Source: Limnochordia bacterium (lineage in GTDB: Bacteria; Bacillota; Limnochordia; DUMW01). Taken from it: a stretch of 64,000 bases of DNA. Made by a program: the position numbers and the translations under genes. This document shows, piece by piece, positions 31,601-39,095 of the stretch. How positions within the stretch are numbered: position 1 is the first letter of the stretch; the number at the start of each line of letters is the position of its first letter. Below the pieces are notes generated by a model. The model searched no databases, was not told the DNA's origin, and worked only from the letters and a program-made list of their open reading frames with translations. Location: NCBI GenBank assembly GCA_023230925.1, contig JALNWK010000005.1, positions 13,111 to 77,110 on the forward strand, read 5' to 3'.

Positions 31601-31771
31601 AATCTTACCATCCGGTCTTATTTGCACAATAGTTAGTAAATCCGGATGACCCCAAACCGAAATCTGCAACACATCGCCGGGCGCTAACAAGTACTCATCG
31701 GCAGCACCATGGGCAGTTGCTGCTAACACACAAACAACGATAATAAGCAAACAATTTACCCTTTTTCTCAT
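25628..31771 (-). CDS. Giant (2047 aa) Wza/KpsD-like polysaccharide export protein with N-terminal Poly_export domain and about 22-23 tandem SLBB domains
   Basis: Signal peptide present. The Poly_export-like N-terminus reads LLAPGDVLQISVWGHPDL...IGVPPLTGDIVASGKSSSQLANEL. The unit V.VLGEV..PG.Y......LLD.IA.AGG then repeats about 23 times at roughly 80-90 aa spacing. Confidence 0.85.
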   Translation of the reverse strand: MRKRVNCLLIIVVCVLAATAHGAADEYLLAPGDVLQISVWGHPDLLTIVQIRPDGKIGVPPLTGDIVASGKSSSQLANELMERMKELIVSPRVTVVVKEFRTIQVRLFGEVQVPGLYDLKPESTISELLARAGGLTPEASISEIKITRDGQLEIVDFAQIVSEGRRDQFSLESGDIVFVPKERKALVLGEVNVPGAYTVREGTRILDLLSLAGGYSKEADLRQVVLQRGDDQHIVDLEVIRRSGGGANNIEICAGDIMYVPKAEQVVILGQVNNPGAFQVMGDLSLLELIAMAGNTTEGALIDQISITRKVGGQQERIVVDLDAILQKDQNKPDIPIFGGDVVFVPKAEREVIVFGQVQRPGSYDLRPGSRLTDAIAIAGGITELGDATKVSISSKDQAEPVVVDVKDAISARPKADNPHLSGGDIIYVPETKRHAIVLGEVRNPGTYVVEEGVTIYELLALAGGLDVTADKAKISITRQTSDAVLIKELDLGDALRQVVSDEVLVRPGDVVYVPEDNRGVLLLGEVRNPGYFKIAKELTVLDVLALGGGPTPQADLSAASLSLRVGDDVRLIEIDLEQVLARPFSETNRLLEGGEVLIVPKVERQVVILGEIRVPGGYEILPEATLLDMIALAGGPTERANLGEVSLTRQTATGPVLCTIDVSAILSNTKPEDNLPIEPRDVIYVPKAQKQVVVLGEVQSPGVFDIQEDIRLLDALAMSGGVAEHGDAENVHVLLKDGTRRVFNVQKTMSDAPDGLLSPIIEPGGVVYVPRARRDITVLGEVTRPGTYTVIGPTRLLDALAMAEGTTPEADIDLIWLTSEDRDQPQRYSLLEAKADPKGPLNPILSGGDVIYIEKAEERQVVVFGEVNAPGVYNLEPGQGLLEIIGQAKGFSSFADVEAVALRRIENGSFVSKEINCQTLLQDDGSSNIPLVGGDVIFVPKRVRQVTVLGAVARPGRYTLESSASILDVLGLAGGLAKEANASGLMLSRPEGAELEKIDLEAVEQQPNIAQNIMLSGGETIVVPQMATEVLIFGEVRSPGAYAIKGATSALEVVARAGGFTLFADTEEVTISRLTDEGYSPIQTQFDLVTPDVVRGGDVIYVPRVERHIWVLGEVRNPGVFQVDEKGLSIMQLLALAGGLTSKADATKINVHVDERSLVVGLDGENQPQNRLVGGEVVYVPATRQGVLVVGEVRNPGYYVPEPGSRVLDLIAMAGGLNEQTASMQGRLSRFGNESDPLPIDLAALVYQGDPKENLVIHGGDVLFIPKENREVVVLGEVRIPGRYTIAAGHDRLLDIIGLAGGLNANARQDAVRIIRADGKQEEIDFVEALTNSDFNLGLKPQDMIYVPRDEREVLVLGEVTRPGHFGYQKGLGPLELLSKAGGATEDADLSGAYILRKSADGSYCRIPADLGKLTSQDVDGFVHILAGDVLYLPRANRRVLILGEVNRPGTYLTEPGDTLLDLIGKAQGPTVQADLERVSLSRDDRTEVLDAKAMMGDVNQDNPLLVGGDIVFIPRANRQVLVLGQVNNPGYYIVDAGARVLDVLAMAKDITPKADPSKVTLVRDEDEIRIYTMDLNAVRQQYDLTSNIEVQGGDVLIVPEGEHDALILGEVSHPGTYPVKEGERLFNLITKAGGLAQDELGEAIVVRKAAMEPRRIVVDLQTVLHEPDSSDNVEVFPGDLVYIPLVRRQVSVLGAVNRPGQYTLLTGDSLLDMVAKAGGLRDDADGDSIIVGDESGEEIYSLTRIASGLMDSPLLSPGCAVYVPMLTQQVLVFGEVRNPGAYPLGTNNRLVDIIALAGGVTDRANTQSITLSRADGAVTHVFDLFSLYKLQGDDVRISPGDIVYVPRARNVMVLGQVRSPGAYLLPQGSRLLDAISLAGGVLPGASLDQITITRTEDDQDVILQADFHALTHQLALNTNYPIQEGDVIFVPEAKLEVVVLGQVKQPGMYSIGPDTRVMDVIAMAGGPTERAALQSVGIYRGADVSQVGEASLGDKLLFEGDVKKANPIVVGGDIIYVPETTSPDWNTIFQFLTGVKLFKDLVTGW
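25700..31500 (-). repeat. Protein-level tandem array of SLBB-like domains; the array period is about 250-270 nt, nucleotide sequences are divergent, and coordinates are approximate
   Basis: The [VI].[VIL][LF]G.V..PG.[YF] motif recurs 23 times in the translated ORF. Confidence 0.7.
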
Positions 31772-31924
31772 CTATCCACACCCCAGATGCTCAATAAAGG
31801 ATTCTTATCCAGATAAACTAGAAATCTCGAGTTAACAATAAGATACTTCTTCTCTGCCAAGAAAGTAACTGGATACAGCATACATCGTCAGGCATGTAGC
31901 AGCGTTCCCCGACAGAACCGTACA

Positions 31925-31966
31925 ACCAGACCAAAAGCTGGGAGCCGCTAGGAAACACGGCTCCCC
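31925..31966 (-). terminator. Intrinsic terminator after the 31993..32919 gene
   Basis: GGGAGCCG-CTAGGAAACA-CGGCTCCC, followed on the minus strand by AGCTTTTGG. Confidence 0.5.
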
Positions 31967-31992
31967 TTAAGAACATCTAAACCTGCATCCAA

Positions 31993-32919
31993 TTAATGGA
32001 ACACAATGCCATTGATATGTAGTTCCGCTACGGTTTCTCCGAGAATAACCGTCCCTACAGGCATGACCACCTCTGCACCCTTGACCACAAACGCCAGACC
32101 AGCGCCTATGGGGGAACCAAGTACAACTAATCCTGCTGTACCTAGTAGCGCAGCCAAACCCACAGCATCCTGACCCTTTTCCACCTTCGCCGATGGGATA
32201 AGATCTACTAGACTACGGTCGATGGCCTTAACGCTTCCTAGTTCCAAGACAACCTGGGCATCCCTTCCTAGCTGCTTGGCCTGGGTCACTTGCTTAACGA
32301 CTCCTGTTCCTAGCAGTCCCTTAGGTATTACTAGGACATCATCGACAAAAACGTTTTCGTTGATCCGGAACTTAATTTCATCGCCGTCTCGATTCTTGGT
32401 AGAATCTATCCCGTCCATCAATTCTAGTTGCACCACCGTTCCAGCGGGGACAACAACGGACTGCATCTGTATATCCGGGAACAGGGCCAACATGCCTTTG
32501 ATGCGGCCATCAAAGGGCCCGGTGAGTACCTTCCCGTAATAGGCGTTTTCCATAAACTCTAGCTGTGTTACCAAGGAACTATGCTCCCGGACCTCGTTGA
32601 AGGTTAACCATTCCACAGCATTCAATGTCATGCTCAAATTACCAGCGACTTCGTCACTAGGCGCAAGCATGTTCCAGATCTTGTCAACTCTTGGTACTAG
32701 ACTTGCTGTTGAACCACCACTTACACCAAAAAGATCACTTTCTAGCTTACTTACCCTCTGAAACGGTGTAAGATCCTTGGCACTGTAATCCTTCCCATAC
32801 ACCATAGTCTCAATCAATGCAATCCTGTCCAACACCCCTTGGCCATAGACGGGAACGCTGGCACATACTAGAACAATACAGAGAACAGAAATAGCGAACC
32901 CTCTCAATTTAACGGTCAT
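31993..32919 (-). CDS. Secreted hypothetical protein
   Basis: Start MTVKLRGFAISVLCIVLVCASVPVYG with RBS GGGGGG. The mature region is a mixed beta-rich sequence. No family recognised. Confidence 0.45.
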   Translation of the reverse strand: MTVKLRGFAISVLCIVLVCASVPVYGQGVLDRIALIETMVYGKDYSAKDLTPFQRVSKLESDLFGVSGGSTASLVPRVDKIWNMLAPSDEVAGNLSMTLNAVEWLTFNEVREHSSLVTQLEFMENAYYGKVLTGPFDGRIKGMLALFPDIQMQSVVVPAGTVVQLELMDGIDSTKNRDGDEIKFRINENVFVDDVLVIPKGLLGTGVVKQVTQAKQLGRDAQVVLELGSVKAIDRSLVDLIPSAKVEKGQDAVGLAALLGTAGLVVLGSPIGAGLAFVVKGAEVVMPVGTVILGETVAELHINGIVFH

Positions 32920-32955
32920 GCTTGTCCCCCCCACAGGAAATATTAAAACATTTAC

Positions 32956-34515
32956 TTAAAACCTAATAGTAAACTCCGCACTCGCCCGATTGGACTTCGA
33001 GGCCACATCCCCAGAAAAGTCAACCATCTCATATCCTAGGTGGAGCAAAGCATTGCCTCCCACCTCGAACCCAAGGCCGAATGACGTTGTCAAAGTGTTT
33101 ACATTTCCCGACTGCAGACTAATATCTGCTAGCAACTTACGGTCGTTACCCAGCAAATACTCTAGGCCGGCCGTTGTTGTCTGCATGGTACTTAGGACCT
33201 CCAGATCATTATCGCGTTCCCCTTCAAACAACAGACCCGCTTTTACCTTGCCTTGAGGAATCAGAACGTCAAGACCCACTGAGGTTTTCGAACGAGAAGG
33301 TCCCAGTTTCTTATTAAGAAGACTATCAAGATCAACGTACTCATAACCGGCATGTAAAACGCCTACATTATCCACCGTGTAGTTTACGCCTACCGATGTG
33401 GTCTTACTAATTGCCGTTTCTCCATCATAGGCGTTTTCGTTATGCCCAAGCTCAGTTATGAAACGTAGATCACCCATTTTCAACTCCATCTGGTACAAGG
33501 CCAAGTCACCTTCCTGGGTAATCTCACTACTCAAATGACTGTATCCATCGAGAACTCGATTGTACCAGCCAGCAAGCTCCATTATCTCATTGGTGAAAAG
33601 TGCGCCAATGCGAAATGAGCTTCCGCTATCATCGGATGCCGCCGATTGAGAAAACTCTCCAATCAACTCAAGGCCACCGCCTAGTACCCAGCTACCCCCA
33701 AGACTAGTTAGAAACTTCGCTTTTTCCTGATCCCAGACTCCTGAAGGTGCTTTCAAGGCGTAACTGGCGTCAAGCATAATCTGATCAGTCAATCGAAAGG
33801 AGCCATCTAACGCGGCCATATAGTCGTTTTGATCTCTTTGTTTTGACTGGGCAACTAACAACTGCGAATTCCAGAAATTCGTCTGCACACTACCGGGCAA
33901 CCACTTATTGACTTCTGACCAAGGACCGTCCCCTAAGGGAATCATACTCAATACGAGGGGACTGGCTGGACCATTCAGGACATCATTCAGAGGAAACACC
34001 ACTCCTTTGTGCCCTTCTTCCCCAGCCAATAGCTGCGAAATCCTATACAAAACACGACCGTCTTGCCCATTACCTCCGAAAACGTAAAACGTATTCGCGG
34101 TTTCGCCTATGTCAACGGCGCGCCAGTTCTGCAACGAATAGACTGCCAACTCCGTATCCAGACCAAGCAACTTTAGTTCAGGCCGAAACTCCTTCTCTAA
34201 CCGTAGCAATAAACCAGCACTAGCCCGATTCAGCGCCTGGATCTGAAATCCTTGCTCCTCCCAGGAATCAATGTTTAGACTACTGAAAATCCTAGAAACA
34301 AGCAACGCCATCTCGTATCGGCTTACGGTCTGACCATCTTGAAACCCGCTGGAATAGACCTCATCGATTAGGCCATAGCCGGCCAGTTCTCTAAACGCGG
34401 TATATGACCAATGCTCCTTCGGCACATCGCTCAAGGAATCTAGGGCGGACACGGGCCCGGCAATTAATAGGATACAAATGAGAATAACCAATGGATACAC
34501 ATTACGTCCTCGCAT
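32956..34515 (-). CDS. OmpM-like outer-membrane protein: N-terminal SLH domain plus C-terminal beta-barrel
   Basis: Signal peptide, then SLH motif DVPKEHWSYTAFRELAGYGLIDE...GFQDGQTVSRYEMALLVSRI. The C-terminus ends ...AEFTIRF, a terminal aromatic typical of OMP barrels. RBS AAGGAGGG. Confidence 0.75.
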   Translation of the reverse strand: MRGRNVYPLVILICILLIAGPVSALDSLSDVPKEHWSYTAFRELAGYGLIDEVYSSGFQDGQTVSRYEMALLVSRIFSSLNIDSWEEQGFQIQALNRASAGLLLRLEKEFRPELKLLGLDTELAVYSLQNWRAVDIGETANTFYVFGGNGQDGRVLYRISQLLAGEEGHKGVVFPLNDVLNGPASPLVLSMIPLGDGPWSEVNKWLPGSVQTNFWNSQLLVAQSKQRDQNDYMAALDGSFRLTDQIMLDASYALKAPSGVWDQEKAKFLTSLGGSWVLGGGLELIGEFSQSAASDDSGSSFRIGALFTNEIMELAGWYNRVLDGYSHLSSEITQEGDLALYQMELKMGDLRFITELGHNENAYDGETAISKTTSVGVNYTVDNVGVLHAGYEYVDLDSLLNKKLGPSRSKTSVGLDVLIPQGKVKAGLLFEGERDNDLEVLSTMQTTTAGLEYLLGNDRKLLADISLQSGNVNTLTTSFGLGFEVGGNALLHLGYEMVDFSGDVASKSNRASAEFTIRF

Positions 34516-34607
34516 CTTCCGCCCTCCTTTAGCAGTACTCACTAGGTTGTGATATTCGCCATGCTTATCTTGTTTTCCTTGTTCGATACTATGATCACAG
34601 ACTGGAT

Positions 34608-34997
34608 TTAAAACTTGCAGTGAAGAAAAAAACGTTCGGCTAAAATTTCGGCCACTATATCGTCATAGGGCTCTGGCGGGACCTGCAGGGAGGTTGGTAA
34701 TAACCGACGCCATCCAGTGGGTTTGTTGTACCTCCAATACCGTCTTCGCGCTTCCTCGCTGGAACGATGCTCATCCACAAACTCAATAGGCAAACCATTA
34801 CCAACCAACTGGGCTATTTCTCTAGCACCAGTGCGATTTCCGATAACAATCACCTCTGGACCATATCTCGCCATCAATCCTCTAGCAAACTCGCCAATCG
34901 CATCGACACCTACAACCCCTCGCAAGATTGTACCATGTTGGTCGGCTACGGCAATGCCGCATTTAGACGTACCTGGGTCTATTGCCAAAATCCGCAA
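34608..34997 (-). CDS. RuvX/YqgF-like RNase H-fold putative Holliday-junction resolvase / pre-16S rRNA nuclease
   Basis: MRILAIDPGTSKCGIAVAD N-terminus, 129 aa. Confidence 0.6.
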   Translation of the reverse strand: MRILAIDPGTSKCGIAVADQHGTILRGVVGVDAIGEFARGLMARYGPEVIVIGNRTGAREIAQLVGNGLPIEFVDEHRSSEEARRRYWRYNKPTGWRRLLPTSLQVPPEPYDDIVAEILAERFFLHCKF

Positions 34998-35170
34998 TTA
35001 TTCTTCCCCTCTAAGTTATGTCATACTTCAAACGGCTAGAAATAAATGATAAACAATGCAGGAAAGCCAATAAGTCCCTTGTACGAAGTATACTCCATAG
35101 CATCCTAACCGTCAACCGCTTTCGACTGGCCTTTTAAGACCGTTATTCCCTCTCTATACACTGGGTTAGA

Positions 35171-35204
35171 CCAAAAAAAGCCCCCGGATAAATCACCCGG
35201 GGGC
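35171..35204 (-). terminator. Strong intrinsic terminator after the giant SLH protein gene
   Basis: GCCCCCGG-ATAAATCA-CCGGGGGC, followed on the minus strand by TTTTTTT. Confidence 0.8.
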
Positions 35205-35222
35205 CTACGTTCTCGATTACCT

Positions 35223-38200
35223 TTAGAAGCTGAACCCAACTGTCGCAAGGGCTTCCCATACCTGATAATCTTCATCAACGTTGGTATCCCAGCACAGCTC
35301 AGCATAGTTACTGCTCAGCGAAATGTTAAAACCGTTACCGATTGGGTAAACATACTTCATGTCAGCAGTTCGAGCGCTAAAGCGATCTGATTTCTTGGTA
35401 TCAAGCCCAGCACTCTGCTTTGCAGCTAGACTTAAGCTACCACCGTAAAGCTGACGATCAGCCGTAAGTGAAAGCTTACTCTCTGGAGCAAGACTAGCAT
35501 TGGTAAGCAAATCAGTACTCTGACCGTACTCAACACCAACACCCACCTTGGCATTGAGCAATTCTCCAGTATAATCAAGTCCGATACTGGCAGTCCCTAC
35601 CTTATCCGTTACAGTAGAGCTAAGCAAGTCCTCCGTTGTGGTAACACGATACCCAGCAGCAAACATCAAGCCATCACCGGCATCAATGACCGACCTCAAT
35701 CCACCTACGGTCTTGCGGTTCTCCTGCCACTTATCCAGTTCGGTCCACTTGTTATCTACGATTTCCCTCGTAGTCCACTGATACGTTGCATCAAGACTGA
35801 CTCCGGGACCTACTGGCATCTTATCGATATTCAGTGCCACTTGATAGTGCTGCCTATCATCGACACCAAGCTCCTTCAAATTAGCCACATCTAAATCAAG
35901 TACTACAGGCAAATCGAAGGGCGCTATCTTTCTGGAAACAGATAGTTTGCCGATAGAGTGATCCAGCTCGTCAGTGGTGGAGAAATCTCTGGTGAAGTAT
36001 GCACCATACAGGTCAAAGTCGAGTATATTCCGCTTAGCATCCAAAAGATTCTCTATCTTGGAGCTTTCACCACCGTCATCCTTGGTCGTGATATCCCTGC
36101 GCTCATAGCCAAGCTCGGCTCCAAAAACGTCGACGTTCTTCAAAGTGGTAATATTAGATAGTTCGTAATGGCCTTTCGTCACACTAGTATCTAGTCTACC
36201 AACTTGTTGAGTAAGCTTTGCACCAAACACAGGAGCCGAGGCCGTTAAGACATACTTCCTTTGATCCGGTAAAAGATCCCCGTCTTTGCTCTTGAAGTCC
36301 TTCGCATATTTCGGAGCAAATCCCTCAGCAACGTTTCCATAGTCGAAACCAATATCTATAATCCCAACGTTGGTCCCAAGTTTGACGTCGGTTGCGGTAA
36401 CGCTATCTGCCTTGTACGAATCTACCGTATACTTTAGGTCATAGTCAATATTACCAATCGAGCCTACAGTACCAATCTGGCCCACCCGGTCACGAGCATA
36501 TGCTGGTGCCCCGGCGCCAACATGGGGGTCTGTGAACCAACTTACCAGTCGAGTATACAGTTTCCCAGTTGCAACATCAAATTCACCGTAAACAGCAGCT
36601 AGATACTCACCCACATTAAGCCGTGAGAAGTACACATCAGCCCTTACAGTATCGCTAAAGGCGAGTTTGGAACTAACACCAAACATCTTCAGTGGCTCGA
36701 TCTTCTTCTTGTTAATGGTGTATTTGTCAAAGGAACCAGCGATCTCGTCATGGCTCAGTGAGCCAAAGTAAGCTAGTCTAAGCACATCGGGAGTTTCCAC
36801 CCTGACACTCATATCCGACAGACGCACGTTAAAGTCCGGATCGCTGCCGAAGAAGTTGGTCACCGTTGCCAAGCTTCCCTTAACCAGTACGTTATCACTA
36901 GGATAAGCCTCAAAACCAAAGGTTAACTTGTGTGCGAATCTGCTCACAGCAGGATCGTACAGCTTCGGATTGGAGGTCTTTGTATCCCTTACATGAGGAT
37001 CTTTGTATAGCTTTGCAGCATCCCCTGCCACGACAGCCCTGTTAACTAACTCTAGGCTAGTATCACCAAAGAACCTGACCTTCCCAAACTTAGCCGCGAA
37101 CTCCTCAAAGGAACCAGATAGAGCATCGTGGTCCTTGCGCAGATCTTGCTGCTGTGCTGCCAACTTTCCGGTGGCATCCTCAAGATCTCCCACGGCCACT
37201 CGCAGTTCCTGTTGTCCTTGCTCGACCTTTGCCAACCGGCTACTCAGGAGTTCCTGGGTGCTCTCAATGTTCTTAACCTCAGTATCCAGCGCCACCACGA
37301 AGGAGCGTAGATCATCTAATCCTGTAGCACCGGTCTGCAACTCGGCCTTGAGTTCACTGATCGTGGCCTCGATTCGATCGGCACGTTTGTTGGTGCGTTC
37401 TATCCTAAATAGGAGATCACCCATCTTTGAGTCTAGCACTGCATTACGAGACTCAAATAACGAAAGCATACCCTTTATGCCATCAAATTCTTCCTGCAAT
37501 TCTGCCTCAGTCAGATCCAGTTTCGCTTCGATTCGCTCAACCTGTTTGTTTGCTCGTCCAATTCTAAACAAAAGATCGCTTAACTTCGAATCGATCACGG
37601 CATTCTTCGAGTCCAAAACAGAAATTGCACTCTTTACAGCAACGATCTCGTCTTCTAGTTCCGCATTGGTGGCATCAAGCTGCTTCATGATGGAAGCTGT
37701 TTTCAGATCGATTAGTGCCTTTAGACCGTCCACATCCTTAGACATGGCCGCCAGTTGCACGTCAAAAAGACCCATTTGGTCATTGAGTAGGTCTGTGACC
37801 TGCTGTAGCTTGGTGGCTACTTCGGATGCTTCAAGTGCGGTCTGCTCGGCGGTCTTACTGATCTCCAGTCCTTCCTTTGCCACAGTTAGTGCTTCAGCGG
37901 CGGAAACCTGTGCCTCTTGCCCCAACTTGACTGCCTTCTCGCCAAGGGCCTTGGCCTCCTCGGAATATGCAACAGCCTCAGCAGATCTGGTTAGGGCCGC
38001 ATCACTATTCTTAACAGCGGTCTGCGCCATTTCTGCAACTTCAGGGCCGGTAGTATCGGTGCTTTGTTGAACCTTCAATGCGATTGCTTCGGCCCGACTA
38101 GCGGTTTCTGCTGTTGCATCGCTTAGTGCCTTAAGTTCCTCCAGCACTTTGGCAATTTCAGCACTCTGGTCCTTAGCCTCAGCAGCTGTGGAGTAGGCCC

Positions 38201-39095
38201 CGTTTCCAATTCGCATGGCTTCTTCAGCTGTATTTCTGCTGGCAGCCGCTACCTCGCTGCTAGCCTTAGCAATCTCCAATGCCCGTTCAACCGAAGCCTG
38301 AGCCTCTGCCAATGCGTTACCATAGTCAGCCAGTTCCTTCTCAAGCAGATCAGTTTTGTTGCTAGCAAGCTCTGCAATAACCTTGACTTGGTCCAGCTGA
38401 TTGGTCAGCCCAGCGATCTCATCACTGTTAAGCTTTAACATCTCCAAGGCGTCCTCTTTGGATAGCCCGGGGGTTAGTTCACTCAATCTTTCAGCAACGA
38501 GATCTGTTACCAACGCCCGAACATATGCCTCGGTTTCCTTTTCGAAGGCATCCTGATCGGCTGTAAGTTGATCCACAAGCACCGCCTGTGCGGAATCAAA
38601 ATCCGCTTTCAAACCAAGCTTTGCCTTTTCCAGACATTCTCTGATCTCTTCTTTTTGGTCGATAGAAGCCTTATCTAGGACTGCCATGGCTTCGGCAAAT
38701 TTCGCAGAAAGAGTATCAAGTTCTGCTGCGATAGCTTCGTCAAGCTTGTCCCCAAGCTCTCCGGCGACTCTCTTAGTAATTCGCTCCTCAAAGGAATCTA
38801 GGCTTTGACCCAGTTGCCACTCGATCTCTGATGAAGCGTATTCCTCAATATCCGAAATGAGTCTCGACATTACCATAGCCATTTCGTATCTAGTGAATGA
38901 ATTGCTTCCCTTGTATTCCCCATCAGGGTAGCCAATAACAATACCCGTTGCAGCCAGCTCAGCAATGGCATCATATGCCCAGTGGTTCTCTGCTACATCC
39001 GGAAATGGCATTTTTGATGCATAGGTAGTAAAAACTAAGCCTACCACAAGAGAACATATCGCAACAACAATTACAGGTGTTGTACGTTTGAACAT
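35223..39095 (-). CDS. Giant (about 1291 aa) envelope protein: signal/TM, SLH domain, roughly 700-aa Ala/Glu/Leu-rich coiled coil, C-terminal beta-barrel-like domain
   Basis: Start trimmed to MFKRTTPVIVVAICSLVVG. SLH motif FPDVAENHWAYDAIAELAATGIVIGYPDGEYKGSNSFTRYEMAMVMSRL. Long heptad-repeat region, then a beta-rich region with alternating hydrophobics ending ...EALATVGFSF. Confidence 0.8.
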   Translation of the reverse strand: MFKRTTPVIVVAICSLVVGLVFTTYASKMPFPDVAENHWAYDAIAELAATGIVIGYPDGEYKGSNSFTRYEMAMVMSRLISDIEEYASSEIEWQLGQSLDSFEERITKRVAGELGDKLDEAIAAELDTLSAKFAEAMAVLDKASIDQKEEIRECLEKAKLGLKADFDSAQAVLVDQLTADQDAFEKETEAYVRALVTDLVAERLSELTPGLSKEDALEMLKLNSDEIAGLTNQLDQVKVIAELASNKTDLLEKELADYGNALAEAQASVERALEIAKASSEVAAASRNTAEEAMRIGNGAYSTAAEAKDQSAEIAKVLEELKALSDATAETASRAEAIALKVQQSTDTTGPEVAEMAQTAVKNSDAALTRSAEAVAYSEEAKALGEKAVKLGQEAQVSAAEALTVAKEGLEISKTAEQTALEASEVATKLQQVTDLLNDQMGLFDVQLAAMSKDVDGLKALIDLKTASIMKQLDATNAELEDEIVAVKSAISVLDSKNAVIDSKLSDLLFRIGRANKQVERIEAKLDLTEAELQEEFDGIKGMLSLFESRNAVLDSKMGDLLFRIERTNKRADRIEATISELKAELQTGATGLDDLRSFVVALDTEVKNIESTQELLSSRLAKVEQGQQELRVAVGDLEDATGKLAAQQQDLRKDHDALSGSFEEFAAKFGKVRFFGDTSLELVNRAVVAGDAAKLYKDPHVRDTKTSNPKLYDPAVSRFAHKLTFGFEAYPSDNVLVKGSLATVTNFFGSDPDFNVRLSDMSVRVETPDVLRLAYFGSLSHDEIAGSFDKYTINKKKIEPLKMFGVSSKLAFSDTVRADVYFSRLNVGEYLAAVYGEFDVATGKLYTRLVSWFTDPHVGAGAPAYARDRVGQIGTVGSIGNIDYDLKYTVDSYKADSVTATDVKLGTNVGIIDIGFDYGNVAEGFAPKYAKDFKSKDGDLLPDQRKYVLTASAPVFGAKLTQQVGRLDTSVTKGHYELSNITTLKNVDVFGAELGYERRDITTKDDGGESSKIENLLDAKRNILDFDLYGAYFTRDFSTTDELDHSIGKLSVSRKIAPFDLPVVLDLDVANLKELGVDDRQHYQVALNIDKMPVGPGVSLDATYQWTTREIVDNKWTELDKWQENRKTVGGLRSVIDAGDGLMFAAGYRVTTTEDLLSSTVTDKVGTASIGLDYTGELLNAKVGVGVEYGQSTDLLTNASLAPESKLSLTADRQLYGGSLSLAAKQSAGLDTKKSDRFSARTADMKYVYPIGNGFNISLSSNYAELCWDTNVDEDYQVWEALATVGFSF

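Noticed and set aside
37003-38070. 355-aa plus-strand ORF rich in Ser/Ala/Leu
   Set aside because: It lies entirely antisense to the coiled-coil region of the giant SLH gene. The Ala/Glu/Leu/Lys-rich sense codons produce long stop-free antisense frames, so it is low-complexity with no start context and is an artefact.
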